This document shows, in pieces, positions 28,001 through 37,473 of a stretch of DNA of 64,000 bases. The stretch's first letter is position 1. Every line of letters begins with the position of its first letter. Source of the stretch: Planctomycetota bacterium (GTDB lineage Bacteria; Planctomycetota; UBA1135; UBA2386). The stretch lies in assembly GCA_046290465.1 (NCBI GenBank), contig JBKAGP010000001.1, forward strand, positions 5,472,001 to 5,536,000. Direction: 5' to 3'. The notes under the pieces were generated by a model that saw only the letters and a program-made list of their open reading frames with translations, had not been told where the DNA came from and did not search any database. The translations under genes and the position numbers were made by a program.

Positions 28001-28029
28001 GCCTCAAGGTCACCGCCGGACTCAACTAG
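25024..28029 (+). CDS. Secreted S8 subtilase, paralog 1, with C-terminal accessory domains
   Basis: Signal peptide, prodomain, HGHATGG, SNAGN, GGTSGATP, QGWG; Glu at the Asp position (HIYEG). Confidence 0.9.
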   Translation: MIITSSRTYLLALSLGSTLLAQAGPQPADASRIDIRYASFDPLQSVPTVPELLRATNEGGLWIVQFDATPTQADRDAIEAVGGQRIGYLPDNAYIVRMNGAAADTARALPSVRWIGSYETAYRIDPALLQRRAHLGAGNARYNIVVADKHSDKPALVAKIAGVGGKVEDLHVGSVLIDATLNGAQLAQVAGFDEVLWIDLWSQPEVDMDNARVQGGGDYIEGQAGYTGTGVNVHIYEGIQANHPDFTGGATNVQSGGTAEDHGHATGGIVFGNGNSNPAVRGMAPDAGKFYTNYNTVTASRWQVFDDLVNIHDVSLSTASWGDQRTTVYTSISMESDDIVFDHDLTWTQSQSNAGNRDSRPQAWAKNVFSVGGVQHFDDANPNNDSWNAGNASIGPANDGRIKPTMCSYYDNIGTSDIVGAAGYTNNSWNPGFGGTSGATPIVAGHCVLAIEMFTDETGNPGFGKFGNPLRTPGGSSFENKPHAATLKALMVATGSQYTFNASSADNIRVHQGWGHPDLRELWDRRDETFIVDEESVLTQGESDVWQITVQPGEPSLKIVLNWSEPGANPSANRHAINDLSLRVAAPDGTIYVGNAGLTDGMWSVTGGNLDTINTIENVFVQNPQAGDWYVQVQATAVVEDNHVETAAVDSDYALVVIGGDGQAGPSGAFANLEKIGIGCDGSVCVDAVYEFPTFSMANNGLTFDYENGDYTLMQGQGTWIPPAGSNLGLGDNSEVIRNVGFTLPYPGGSTGTIRICSNGWITVGQFTGASNILPVPNDFLNHIMWAPLWRDLNPAAGGSVWFDVTAQRCVVTWASVPNFFNSGSSTFQVQFWANGDVHYVYQNINVQGDYLAGFSMGLGADPGSIVLANNLNGGVGVCGTNQPEMDLDGSARPILGTTFDLVTTNIPQSALFGTMILSTTPLNPSFDLTALGMPGCQLHQNLDIAVLWAGAGTSYVPWPLPANPALAGFEAWCQSAALAPGINAFGFAISNGLKVTAGLN

Positions 28030-28076
28030 AGCTGATCGCTCGGGTGTTGGTGCGCCAACACCCAGTCGATCAGCTC
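28029..28076. terminator. Long hairpin between convergent genes (probable bidirectional terminator)
   Basis: GAGCTGATCG-ctc-GGGTGTTGG-tgcg-CCAACACCC-agt-CGATCAGCTC. Confidence 0.65.
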
Positions 28077-30466
28077 CCCGTGATGGCGAGCGGCGTGATC
28101 TTGCCGAGGACCTTGCGGGTCTTGGCGTCCAGAGCGATGACCCGGCCCTGCCAGTCCGCGGTGAACACGCGCTTGCCGTCGTTGCTCGCGGCGACTCCGT
28201 AGACCCAGTCGGCGATGCGCGGCAGTTCGGGATCACGGCTGCCGTTGGTCTTCCAGGTGATCACCCGGCCGTCTGCGCCGCTGCTGACGATGCGCGTCGC
28301 GGTGCGCCAGGTGAGGCACAGGGCCTGGTCGCTGTGGGTGGTGTTGCGGAACAGGCGGCGGCCGTCGCGCATGCGCCAGAGGCTGACGGAGCGGTCGGCG
28401 CCGGCGGCGGCGAGGGTCGCCGAGTCGGGGGCGAAGGCGAGGCTGCTGAGCAGGCCGTCGGCGGCCTTGAAGTCGTGCACCTCGCGGCCGTTGGCTGCCT
28501 CGTGAACGGCGACCATGCCCTGGCGGTCGGCGCTGGCGAGCAGCTTGCCGTCGGGAGAGAAGGTCAGCGCCGTGACCCAGTCGTCGTGGGCGCTGCGCCA
28601 CAGCACCTTGCCGTCCGCGACGCGGAAGACCTGCGCGCGGCGGCGGGTGCCGCCGACCGCGACCAGGTCGCCGCGCGGCGACAGCGAGGCGGTCAGGGCG
28701 GCGTCGCGGCGCGCGCCGAAGCGACCGCGTTCGGCCCCGGTGCGCAAGTCGTAGACGACGGCGCCGCCTTCCTTGCCCGGGGTGCCACCGGCCGCCACCA
28801 GGGTAGTCGCGTCGGCGGAGAACGACAGGCTCTCGACCTGGCCGAACGGGAACTCGAGCACGCCCAGTTCGCGGAGGTTGTCCTGGTGCAGCAGCAGGAT
28901 CTGGCCGAAGCCCGGTGCGGCCAGCAGCGGCGCGCCGGGGCTCGCCGCGATGCAGCGCATCGCGCCAGGGCGCTGAGGGTAGCGCTTCTTGATGCGCGGC
29001 AGTTCTTCCGGCATCACGGCCTGCACGACGACCTTGGCGAGCTCGCGCTGCTTGGCTTCGGCCGCCGCCTTGGCGCGGGCCTTGGCGCGCTGCTCGGCGA
29101 GCTTCTGCGCCTGCGCTTCGTCCTTCGGTGCGCCCTGCGCGATCCACGTGCGGATCGTGTCGATCAGGGCACTGTCGATGCGCGGCTCCTTCGGCGGCAT
29201 CGTCGGCTTCTCCTTGTGCGACACCAGCAGGTAGAGGCGGCTGTCGTCCGGACTGCCGGGCCGCAGCGTTTTGCCCGAGCTGCCGCCCTGCAGGGTCGAT
29301 GCGTGTGAGCTGAGGTCCAGGCCGCCCGACTCGTCGCCCTGGTCGTGGCAGGCGATGCAGTGCTCGTCGAAGATCGGGTAGACGTGCTGTTCGTAGGTGA
29401 CGAGCTTGTCGTTGCCGTTCGCACCGGAGGAAGCCTGTTGCGACGGCATCGCGGCGGCCGGCGCGGCGGCAGCCGGTGGCTCGGCAGTGGGCTTTGGCTT
29501 GGCAGTGGGCTTCGGCTTGGGGGTGGGCTTCGGCTTGGCCTTCTTCGCGGCAGCCTTCTTGGCTGCCGTCCCCTTGGCGGCGGCTTCCTTGGCAGCAGCT
29601 TCCTTCGCAGCGGCAGCCTTCATCGCGGCTGCCTTCATCGCGGCGGCCTTGCTCGCCTCGGGTTGCTTCGCCATCGCCTCCTTCGAGGCCGGCTTGGCGT
29701 CGCTCGCCTTCTTCGTCGTCGCCTTGCTCGATGCAGGCTGCTTCGCCGCCGGCTTCTCGGCTGCGGCCATGTCTTTGCTCGCGGCTTCTGCCTTGGCGAC
29801 GGTGGGCTTGGTGGCGGGCTGCCTGGCCGGGGCGGTGCTGGCGAGCACCTTCATCTCGATCGACGCGACCAGCTTCTGCAGTTGCTGCAGCTTCTGCTGT
29901 TCGGTGTCCAGCGAACTGGCCTGCGCGTCCTTGCCGGCGGCGTCGGCGAGCAGTTGCTTGCTCTGCGCGCGGAGGTCGGCGGCGCGCTTGTCGTGCGACG
30001 CGGACCTGGCGCGCATCGCGCCGCCGCGCGCGTCCCAGGCGGCTTTCGGCAGCTTGCGCAGCCCGGCGAGGGCCAGTTCGAGCTGGCCCTGGGCGCTGGC
30101 CTTGGCCTCGCCGCTGCCGGCGGGATCGACGAAGCCGAGCGTTGTGAGCGCGGCGCGGACCTGCTCCAGCTTCTCGATCTCGGCGAGCAACTGCTTCGAA
30201 GCCGCGACCTCGGCCGCGGCCTGTTGGTCGCGTTCGCCGGCCTGCTTGCGCAGCGCGGCGGCCTCGTCGCGCGCCTTCTTGGCGGCGGCCGTCATCGCGG
30301 CGCTGCGCGCCTGCCAGGTCTTGCCGTCGGCTCCCTTGAGCTGTGCGAGCAGGGCGTCGAGGTCGCCGGGTTCCGGCTGTTGCGCCCGCAGCACGGGCGC
30401 GAACAGCAGGGCGGGGGCGAGCGCCGCGCTGGCGACGCGGAGCTTCCATCCGTGGTTGCGGGTCAT
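28070..30466 (-). CDS. Planctomycete cytochrome c plus WD40 repeat protein with long Ala/Lys-rich N-terminal region
   Basis: Signal peptide, coiled-coil and AAK linker, CIACH heme motif with GGLDL...MPP...WIAQGA, WD40 repeats (HDDWVTALTFSPDG). Confidence 0.88.
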   Translation of the reverse strand: MTRNHGWKLRVASAALAPALLFAPVLRAQQPEPGDLDALLAQLKGADGKTWQARSAAMTAAAKKARDEAAALRKQAGERDQQAAAEVAASKQLLAEIEKLEQVRAALTTLGFVDPAGSGEAKASAQGQLELALAGLRKLPKAAWDARGGAMRARSASHDKRAADLRAQSKQLLADAAGKDAQASSLDTEQQKLQQLQKLVASIEMKVLASTAPARQPATKPTVAKAEAASKDMAAAEKPAAKQPASSKATTKKASDAKPASKEAMAKQPEASKAAAMKAAAMKAAAAKEAAAKEAAAKGTAAKKAAAKKAKPKPTPKPKPTAKPKPTAEPPAAAAPAAAMPSQQASSGANGNDKLVTYEQHVYPIFDEHCIACHDQGDESGGLDLSSHASTLQGGSSGKTLRPGSPDDSRLYLLVSHKEKPTMPPKEPRIDSALIDTIRTWIAQGAPKDEAQAQKLAEQRAKARAKAAAEAKQRELAKVVVQAVMPEELPRIKKRYPQRPGAMRCIAASPGAPLLAAPGFGQILLLHQDNLRELGVLEFPFGQVESLSFSADATTLVAAGGTPGKEGGAVVYDLRTGAERGRFGARRDAALTASLSPRGDLVAVGGTRRRAQVFRVADGKVLWRSAHDDWVTALTFSPDGKLLASADRQGMVAVHEAANGREVHDFKAADGLLSSLAFAPDSATLAAAGADRSVSLWRMRDGRRLFRNTTHSDQALCLTWRTATRIVSSGADGRVITWKTNGSRDPELPRIADWVYGVAASNDGKRVFTADWQGRVIALDAKTRKVLGKITPLAITGS

Positions 30467-30470
30467 GGCT

Positions 30471-32894
30471 CTAGTGTTGGAAGAGGAATTCCTTGCTGTT
30501 GAACATCGCCCAGAGGACATCCTCCCAGGCGCCGCGGGCGTCGTCGCCGGCGGCCTGGATCGCGCCGAGCACGCGGTCGCGTTCGTCGGCGCGCGGTCGG
30601 CGCGCGTAGGTGGCCAGGAACAGCTCCTCGAGGATCTGTTCGGGCTCGGTCTCGTCCGACAGCAGGCGCACGAGGCGACCGTCGGCGCTGCGCACCTTCT
30701 GTTCGATCGTCGTGCCGTTGATCAGGTGCAGCACTTGGTTGAGCGTCGGCTCCTCGCGGCGTTCGCAGGTGCAGACCGAGTCGCGGTCCGGCCGGCCGAA
30801 CAGGTCGAGGAAGCGGTTGCCGCTGTCCGGGGAGACGACCTGGACGGCGCTCGCGCCGAGCGGCACGCCGCGGAACTTGGTCGGCACCTCGGTCACCTGG
30901 CCGATCGCGTCGAGCATCTGCTCGGCCGACAGGCGGCGCGGCGTCATGCCGGCGAACGTCGCGGCCGGCGCGGCGTCGGGGTGCTGCGCCGACTGGTAGG
31001 TCGCCGACGCGCAGATCTCGCGGATCAGTTCGCGCACGTCGAAGCCGGATGCGGCCAGCTTCTCGCCGAGGCGGCGGTGCAGGTCCGGGTGCGAAGGCGG
31101 GTTGCTGACGCGCACGTCGTCGACCGGGTGCACCAGGCCGCGGCCGAAGAACCGTGCCCAGACGCGGTTGGCGAGGTTCTTCGCGAACCACGGGTTCTTG
31201 CGCGAGGTCAGCCACTCGGCGAGCACCTTGCGGCGGTCGACGTCGCCCGGGATCTCCGGTGCGTCGCCGCCGAGGAACCGCGGCTTCGCCCTCTGCAGGG
31301 TGCGCGCGTTGCGGATGTCGCCGCTGGAGCGGTCGTAGATGATCTGCTCGCGCGGCGTGTCGCCGTTCTTGCGGCCGAGCTGCGCGAAGAACGCGGCAAA
31401 GCCGTAGTAGTCGTCCATCCGCCAGCGCTCGAACGGATGGTTGTGGCACTGCGCGCACTGCAGGCGGATGCCGAGGAACGTCTGCGCCGCATTCTCGGCG
31501 AGCACCTTCGGGTCGCGCGCGGTCGCCCAGTAGTTGGCCTCGGGCACCCGGAACGCGCTGCCCGACGCGGTCAACATGCGGGTCACGACCTGGTCCATCG
31601 GGGTGCCGTCGCGCAGCGCCTCGCGCAGCCACCGCGTGAAGATGTGCACGCCCTTCTGCTCGAGGTTCTGCGGCTCGATGCGCAGCACCTCGGCCCACGT
31701 CATCGCCCAGACGTCGGGGAACTCCGGCCGCTGCAGCAGTTCGTCGACGATGCGGGCGCGCTTGTCGTCGCTCTCGTCGGCGAGGAACGCGCGCACGTCG
31801 GCGGCCGTCGGCAGCTGGCCGATGATGTCGAGGTAGACGCGCCGGAGGTAGGTCGCGTCGTCGCAGCCCGGCGCCGGCGCCAGCTGCAGCTTGACCAGCT
31901 TCTGCTGCACCAGCGCGTCGATCTCGTTGCGCTGGTCCATCGTCGGCGGCGTCCACGGCTCGGCGTTCGGCAGCACGATGACCTGCGCGACCTCGGTCAG
32001 GTAGCCGAACCGCGCCATCACGAACGCTTCGCCGCGGGCCGCCGAGGTCACCGCGCCGTCGCTGACCTTGGCCGACGTCGGGTTGCTCGACGACATCAGC
32101 GACAGCTCGGTGACGTCGCGCAGCGAGCCGTCCGAGTAGGTCGCGGTCACGACCAGCTGGTTGCTGCGTTCGGGGCCGGCGAGCACCAGTTCGTTCGGTT
32201 CGACGCGCAGCGACACCAGCGACGGCACCGCGTCGCCGTCGTCGGCCGCGCCGTCGGCGATCCACGCCCGCAGCGTGTGCCACATCTCGCCGTCACGCTC
32301 GAAGCGCTTGCCGCCCTTGTGCTTCACCTCGCCGGTCGGCTTGGTCAGCATCAGGCTCTCCTCGGGCGCGGCGCAGTCCATGCGCCGACCGCGGTAGTCG
32401 CGGCTCAGAGCGCGCAGGTCGCGCGCGGGGTCGTAGCCGAACAGCGTCAGGCCGAAGCCGTTCTTGCCCGCGGCCGCGCCGTGGCAGGCGCCGCCGTTAC
32501 AGCCGGCGCGCGTCAACACCGGGATCACGTCGTTGCGGTAGCTGACCGGCGGCTCGACCTCGGCGTCGCGCACGGTGACCGCGACGGTGGTGGTGTGGCC
32601 CCCGTGCCGGACGTTGGCGACCGTCTCGCCGTCGCCGACCGGCAGCAGCTCGCCGTCACGCCACTCGGCGATGCCGGCCTTCGAGAAGGTCACCTCGGCC
32701 GCAGCCGTGACGTCGACGGTCATGCCCTGCGCGTCGCTGCTGACCACGACCAGCCGGTGCGCGTCGAGGCCGCTGTCGAGCGTGACCTTGGCGGGGTAGG
32801 CGGTCAGGCCGCCCTGGGCGCACGCGAGGCCGGTGGCGAGGGCCACCGCCAAGCCGGACCGCAGCGCGAGCCCGCAGCAGTTGGAGACGTTCAT
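30471..32894 (-). CDS. DUF1549/DUF1553 (PSD1) domain protein with Ig-like domains
   Basis: GCNGGACHG, LRRVYLDIIG, FLGIRLQCAQCHNHPFE, NRVWARFFGRG, NPPSHP, FGRPDR..CTCER, NSKEFLFQH. Confidence 0.92.
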   Translation of the reverse strand: MNVSNCCGLALRSGLAVALATGLACAQGGLTAYPAKVTLDSGLDAHRLVVVSSDAQGMTVDVTAAAEVTFSKAGIAEWRDGELLPVGDGETVANVRHGGHTTTVAVTVRDAEVEPPVSYRNDVIPVLTRAGCNGGACHGAAAGKNGFGLTLFGYDPARDLRALSRDYRGRRMDCAAPEESLMLTKPTGEVKHKGGKRFERDGEMWHTLRAWIADGAADDGDAVPSLVSLRVEPNELVLAGPERSNQLVVTATYSDGSLRDVTELSLMSSSNPTSAKVSDGAVTSAARGEAFVMARFGYLTEVAQVIVLPNAEPWTPPTMDQRNEIDALVQQKLVKLQLAPAPGCDDATYLRRVYLDIIGQLPTAADVRAFLADESDDKRARIVDELLQRPEFPDVWAMTWAEVLRIEPQNLEQKGVHIFTRWLREALRDGTPMDQVVTRMLTASGSAFRVPEANYWATARDPKVLAENAAQTFLGIRLQCAQCHNHPFERWRMDDYYGFAAFFAQLGRKNGDTPREQIIYDRSSGDIRNARTLQRAKPRFLGGDAPEIPGDVDRRKVLAEWLTSRKNPWFAKNLANRVWARFFGRGLVHPVDDVRVSNPPSHPDLHRRLGEKLAASGFDVRELIREICASATYQSAQHPDAAPAATFAGMTPRRLSAEQMLDAIGQVTEVPTKFRGVPLGASAVQVVSPDSGNRFLDLFGRPDRDSVCTCERREEPTLNQVLHLINGTTIEQKVRSADGRLVRLLSDETEPEQILEELFLATYARRPRADERDRVLGAIQAAGDDARGAWEDVLWAMFNSKEFLFQH

Positions 32895-35179
32895 CGGGGT
32901 TCCTTGTTGGCGGTTCCGCCGCGCAGCTCCGGCGGCAGGGGGCGGTCGACGCGCAGTTCGCCGCCACCGACCGTGTGGCTGACCACGCCGTCGGGCGTGG
33001 TGACGTGCAGCAGCAGGTAGATCGAACGGTGCCGACCCGGTGCGGCGTCGGCGGCGGCGGTCAGCGCGATCGGCAGGTCCGTCGTCGCCTTCGCGATCGA
33101 CGGCACCTCGTAGGCCACGCCCTTGGGCAGTCGGCCGATCTCGACGGAGACCTCACCGTCGAACTCGCGCTTGCGTTCGAGTTCGACCGCGAACGTGGCC
33201 TGCTGGCCCTGCTCCATCTTGGCGCGCGGCAGCTTGGCGGTGATCCACGGTTCCTGCACGTCGAGCTGCAGCACGTCGCTGCTGACGGCGCGGCGCACGC
33301 TGCCCGACGCGTAGCTGGCGGACAGCACGATCGGCACGCTGCCGAGGCTCGCGCGCGAGTTGGCGTTGAGCGTCAGCGTGCCCTCGCTCTTGCCCTTGCG
33401 CAGCGTCAGCGTCGTGGCCGAGACGCCGGCCGGCAACCACATCGCGCGCACCGTCACCGTGCTGGCGAACTTGTCGGCGCGTTCGATCCGCACCTTCAGG
33501 GTCAGCCGACCGCTGCGCACGATCGGGACCTTCGGGGAGGTCGCGACGACCGCGAACGGCACCGGCGAGGTCACCGCGACCGGCAGCGCGCGCAGCGTGC
33601 GGTTCTCGTAGGAGACGTTGTTGCGCACGCGCAGCGTCGGGTAGCGATGCAGGTGCTGGACCTCACGTTGGTGCGGTTCCTGGTCGGCCTGCATGCGCGG
33701 CATCGCCAGCGAGTTGCCGAGTTCTGCGTCGGGCGCGGCGCTCAGCACGACCGGCACGAAGCCGGCCGTCGGCACGCGCACCGGGCGCACCGTGACGCCG
33801 GGCGGCAGCGCGGCCCAGTCGAGCGTGATGCCGGCGCGCAGGTCGACGCCCGCGGTCTGCACGACGGTCGCGTTGCGGCCGCCCTGCGGCACGCTGACCC
33901 CGAAGTACTCCGAGCGGCGACCGGGCACGGCTTCCGAGGTGCCGGCGGTGCCGGCCAGGGCGCCGATCTCGAGGCGGTAGAACATGTCGGCGCCGCCGCG
34001 CCACAGGTGGTCGCGCACGGTGACGAAGTAGGTGCCGTCGGCAGGCGCCGTGAAGCGCACGCGGCCGTCGAGGCCGATGCCGTCGTCGTTGGAGGTCAGC
34101 GCCTTGTCCTTGGCGTCGCGGACGACCAGCACCGGGTCGACCGGCGACAGCAGGCCGCGGGCCAGGGCGCGGATCTCGAGGCGTTGGCCCTTGTTGGCGC
34201 GGAACAGGTGGTAGTCGGCTTCGCGTGGCTCGGCGAGCACGCCGTGGAACGCGCAAGGAGCGGTCGGCGCCTCCTTCGGCTTTATGGCCTCGACGAAGTT
34301 CGGGCGGTCGTCGACGATCATCCGGATCGGCGACGGGGTGACCTTGCCGTCGACGATCGGGAACACCTCGTGCATGCCGACGCGTTGCGGCAGCGTCACC
34401 TCGGCCTTGGCGGCGACGAGGTCGCCGATCAGGTCGACCTCGACCGTCTCGCCCGGGCGGCCGCCGGCCGGCAGCGCGCCGATCGGCCGCGGGAACGTGC
34501 CGATGTGCAGGCGGTAGGCGCCATACGACGAACCGCGGTAGGCGACGTCGCGCAGCGCCACGTGGTAGGTGCCGTCCTGTTCGGCGCGGAACGCCGCCCA
34601 GGGATCGGCGCGCCCGATCGAACTCTCGTCGGCGCGCAGCACCATCTCGCCGTCGGGGCCGAACACCTCGAACTGCAGGTCGAGGTCGTAGAGGCCGAGG
34701 CGCACGCCCTCCGCCTCGATGCGGATCGGCTGGCCCTTGCTGGCGTCGAACGCATACCAGTCGACGTCCTCGGCGAGGATGCGGCCGTCGACGGTGGTCT
34801 CGAGCGCGACCTTCTGTGCGGTCTCCCGGCTGTCGTGGTCCTTCGCCTCGGCGACCGACGGCAGCGCGCCGACGCGCAGGAACTTGGCGCGGGTGATGCC
34901 GCGCCGGGTCTGCAGAGCGAACGGATAGACGCCGAGCTCGGCATCCTCGGGCACGTGCACCTTCAGGTAGACGCGGTCGCGCTTGTGGCCGCTCAGCTCG
35001 ATCAGCTCGAGCCCTTCGCGCAGCCAGATGACCGAGATCGTGTCGTCGAGGTCGCGGCCGTAGCAGCGGAACGTCGCGGTGTCGCCGCGGGTCGCGCCGG
35101 CCGGCAGCACCAGCCGCAGGTCCTGCGCCGTCGCGGCAACCGCCAGCGCCAGCGCGGCCGCGATGCCCGGGACGTTCAC
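32891..35179 (-). CDS. PPC-domain (pre-peptidase C-terminal-like) secreted protein of the DUF1501 operon
   Basis: GTG start overlapping the upstream TGA (GTGA); EDVDWYAF, DPVL...NDD, YRL-x-IG repeats; stop overlaps the next ATG. Confidence 0.85.
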   Translation of the reverse strand: MNVPGIAAALALAVAATAQDLRLVLPAGATRGDTATFRCYGRDLDDTISVIWLREGLELIELSGHKRDRVYLKVHVPEDAELGVYPFALQTRRGITRAKFLRVGALPSVAEAKDHDSRETAQKVALETTVDGRILAEDVDWYAFDASKGQPIRIEAEGVRLGLYDLDLQFEVFGPDGEMVLRADESSIGRADPWAAFRAEQDGTYHVALRDVAYRGSSYGAYRLHIGTFPRPIGALPAGGRPGETVEVDLIGDLVAAKAEVTLPQRVGMHEVFPIVDGKVTPSPIRMIVDDRPNFVEAIKPKEAPTAPCAFHGVLAEPREADYHLFRANKGQRLEIRALARGLLSPVDPVLVVRDAKDKALTSNDDGIGLDGRVRFTAPADGTYFVTVRDHLWRGGADMFYRLEIGALAGTAGTSEAVPGRRSEYFGVSVPQGGRNATVVQTAGVDLRAGITLDWAALPPGVTVRPVRVPTAGFVPVVLSAAPDAELGNSLAMPRMQADQEPHQREVQHLHRYPTLRVRNNVSYENRTLRALPVAVTSPVPFAVVATSPKVPIVRSGRLTLKVRIERADKFASTVTVRAMWLPAGVSATTLTLRKGKSEGTLTLNANSRASLGSVPIVLSASYASGSVRRAVSSDVLQLDVQEPWITAKLPRAKMEQGQQATFAVELERKREFDGEVSVEIGRLPKGVAYEVPSIAKATTDLPIALTAAADAAPGRHRSIYLLLHVTTPDGVVSHTVGGGELRVDRPLPPELRGGTANKEPR

Positions 35180-36489
35180 GCCAACAGCTCCCGGACGACG
35201 CTGCCGCCGCGCACGATGTCGATCGGGCGATCGCCGGGGCTCATCAGGCGCTTGTGCGGGTCGATGCCGAGCTGCGTGAACATGGTGGCGGCGAAGTCCG
35301 CCGGGGACGTCGGGCGTTCGCTCGGCTCGCCGCCGCTCGGATCGGAGGCGCCGTGCACGTAGCCGCGCTTGAGGCCGCCGCCGGCCGCGACCAGCGAGAA
35401 CACCCGCGGCCAGTGGTCGCGTCCCTGGGTCCGGTTGACGCGCGGCGTGCGGCCGAACTCGGTCGACAGCACGACCATCGTCTTGTCGAGCATGCCGCGC
35501 TCGTCGAGGTCGGAGATCAGCGCGGCCAGCGCCTGGTCGACCGGTGGCAGCTGGCGGCGCATCGCGTCGCTGATGCGTTCGTGGTGGTCCCAGCCGCCCG
35601 ACGGGATCGCGACGAAGCGCACGCCGGCGGCGACCAGGCGGCGCGCCAACAGCAGGCGCTGGCCGATCGTCGTGCGCCCGTAGCGGTCGCGCGTCTTGCC
35701 GTCCTCCTGCTCGATCTTGAACGCCTCCTGCGCCTTCGGCGAGTCGATCAGGTTCCAGGCCTGACGGTAGAACTCGTGCGTCGCCGAGATGCCGTCGGCG
35801 GCGCCGTCGAAGCCCGAGTCCAGTTCGGCCAGCATGCGGCGGCGACGTTCCTTGCGCGCGTCGTCGAGCTTGCTCGACGGGCCGAGGTCCTTGACCTGGA
35901 AGCCGCTGCTGGACGGTTCGCCGCCGACGCTGAACGGTCCGTACGCCGAGCTCAGGTAGCCGGTGCCGAGGTCCGGTTCGCGGGCGCCCGGCACGCAGAC
36001 GTACGGCGGCAGGTCGTTGCGCACCCCCAGCTCGTGGCTGACCACCGCGCCGAAGCTCGGGTAGACGATCGCCGGGCTCGGGCGGTAGCCGGTCAGCATG
36101 TTGTGCCGGCCGCGCTCGTGGGCCGCCTCGGTGTGCGTCATCGAACGCACCACGGTCAGCTTGTCGGCGACCTTGGCGAGGTTGCGGCACAGCTCCGAGA
36201 AGCGCACGTCGTCGAGCTTCGTCGGGACCGAGCGGAACGGGCCGCGCGTGTCGACCGGTGCGTCCGGCTTCGGATCGAACGAGTCGATGTGGCTCATGCC
36301 GCCGCCCAGGTAGATCTGGATCACGGCTTCGGCGCGCGGCTCGAGCAACGAGCCCGGGGCCGGCTCGGCCAGCGCTGGGGCGCGCCATTGCGCCGGCATC
36401 GCCGCGGCGAGGCCGAGGCTCGCCGAGCCTGCCAGGAAGGACCGGCGATCGAGGTGGGCGGACGAACGGGGGGCTGCGTCGTGGCTCAT
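35176..36489 (-). CDS. DUF1501 family protein (Tat substrate)
   Basis: RRSFL Tat motif, GGMSHIDSFDPKP, LLARRLVAAGVRFV, GWDHH, EFGRTP, GRDHW. Confidence 0.93.
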   Translation of the reverse strand: MSHDAAPRSSAHLDRRSFLAGSASLGLAAAMPAQWRAPALAEPAPGSLLEPRAEAVIQIYLGGGMSHIDSFDPKPDAPVDTRGPFRSVPTKLDDVRFSELCRNLAKVADKLTVVRSMTHTEAAHERGRHNMLTGYRPSPAIVYPSFGAVVSHELGVRNDLPPYVCVPGAREPDLGTGYLSSAYGPFSVGGEPSSSGFQVKDLGPSSKLDDARKERRRRMLAELDSGFDGAADGISATHEFYRQAWNLIDSPKAQEAFKIEQEDGKTRDRYGRTTIGQRLLLARRLVAAGVRFVAIPSGGWDHHERISDAMRRQLPPVDQALAALISDLDERGMLDKTMVVLSTEFGRTPRVNRTQGRDHWPRVFSLVAAGGGLKRGYVHGASDPSGGEPSERPTSPADFAATMFTQLGIDPHKRLMSPGDRPIDIVRGGSVVRELLA

Positions 36490-36741
36490 GGGCGTGGCTC
36501 GTCGAGGCGGTCGGATCGGGCGCGATCGGACGATCGAAATGCTACCGTAGACGGCTCGCAGCGGGCGTTTTGGGCTGGTGCACTTCCCTTACAGCGAGCC
36601 TGTCGCGGCCCGGCGGCTGGCGCAGCAGGGGCCGGGTGGGGGCGCGCGATGTTCCCGACCTGGCCGATCGGCGCTGACGTCGGCTGCCGGTGCGGGTCCA
36701 ATGCCGAACGTCCCCGGATCCCGCACCCACACGAGGCCCGC

Positions 36742-37473
36742 ATGCGCATCGTCGCCCTGTTGATTACGTCGTGGTTCGTAGCCGTCCATGCCATCGGCCA
36801 GGACGACGTGCTCGCCGTCGAACGCAAGTCGGATCTGGCGGGCCACGCGCGGCTGGTGCAGGCCCTGCACCGCAACCGCGTCAGCGTCACCGCGACGGAG
36901 CTGGGCGCGCGCGAGCTGTGCCGGTTCCTGAGCGCCTCGCTGGCGGACGCGACGACGTTCCACTGCCGTGCCTCGCACGCGGACGATGCGCCGAAACTCG
37001 ACCTCGAACTGCGCGGCACGTCGCTGTGGTCGCTGATGTCGATCGCGCAGATGGAGACGGGCCTGCGGTTCGTCTACCGATTCGGCGTCGTGTTCCTGGT
37101 GCCCGAGGACGACGTCCGGCCGTGGACCCACCTCGAGGTCTACGACCTGCGCGGGATGGTCGCGACGCTGCGGCAGTTCCCCGGCCCGGAGCTCGGTCTG
37201 GGCATCGATCGCGGCGAACGGCCGCTGTTCCCGGAGCCGATCGAGACCGAGCAGACCATCAGCGGCTTCACCGCCGACGGCATCGAGGAGCTGCTGCGAA
37301 CCAGCGTGCGGCCGGACACGTGGGAGCGCGACGGCGTCAAGCTGATCAACCAGAACGGCCTGTTCCTGATCCGCCAGTCGCCCCAGGTCCACGACGAGAT
37401 CGAGCTGCTGTTGTTCCGCGTCGGCCTCAAGTCCCCGAGCCGCCGCCTGCTCCACCGTCGCGGCCTGCGCTGA
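36742..37473 (+). CDS. Secreted hypothetical protein with secretin N-domain-like segment
   Basis: Signal peptide; VYDLRGMV...ELLRTSVRPDTW...LIRQSPQVHDEIELLL pattern resembles planctomycete secretin N-type repeats. Confidence 0.6.
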   Translation: MRIVALLITSWFVAVHAIGQDDVLAVERKSDLAGHARLVQALHRNRVSVTATELGARELCRFLSASLADATTFHCRASHADDAPKLDLELRGTSLWSLMSIAQMETGLRFVYRFGVVFLVPEDDVRPWTHLEVYDLRGMVATLRQFPGPELGLGIDRGERPLFPEPIETEQTISGFTADGIEELLRTSVRPDTWERDGVKLINQNGLFLIRQSPQVHDEIELLLFRVGLKSPSRRLLHRRGLR

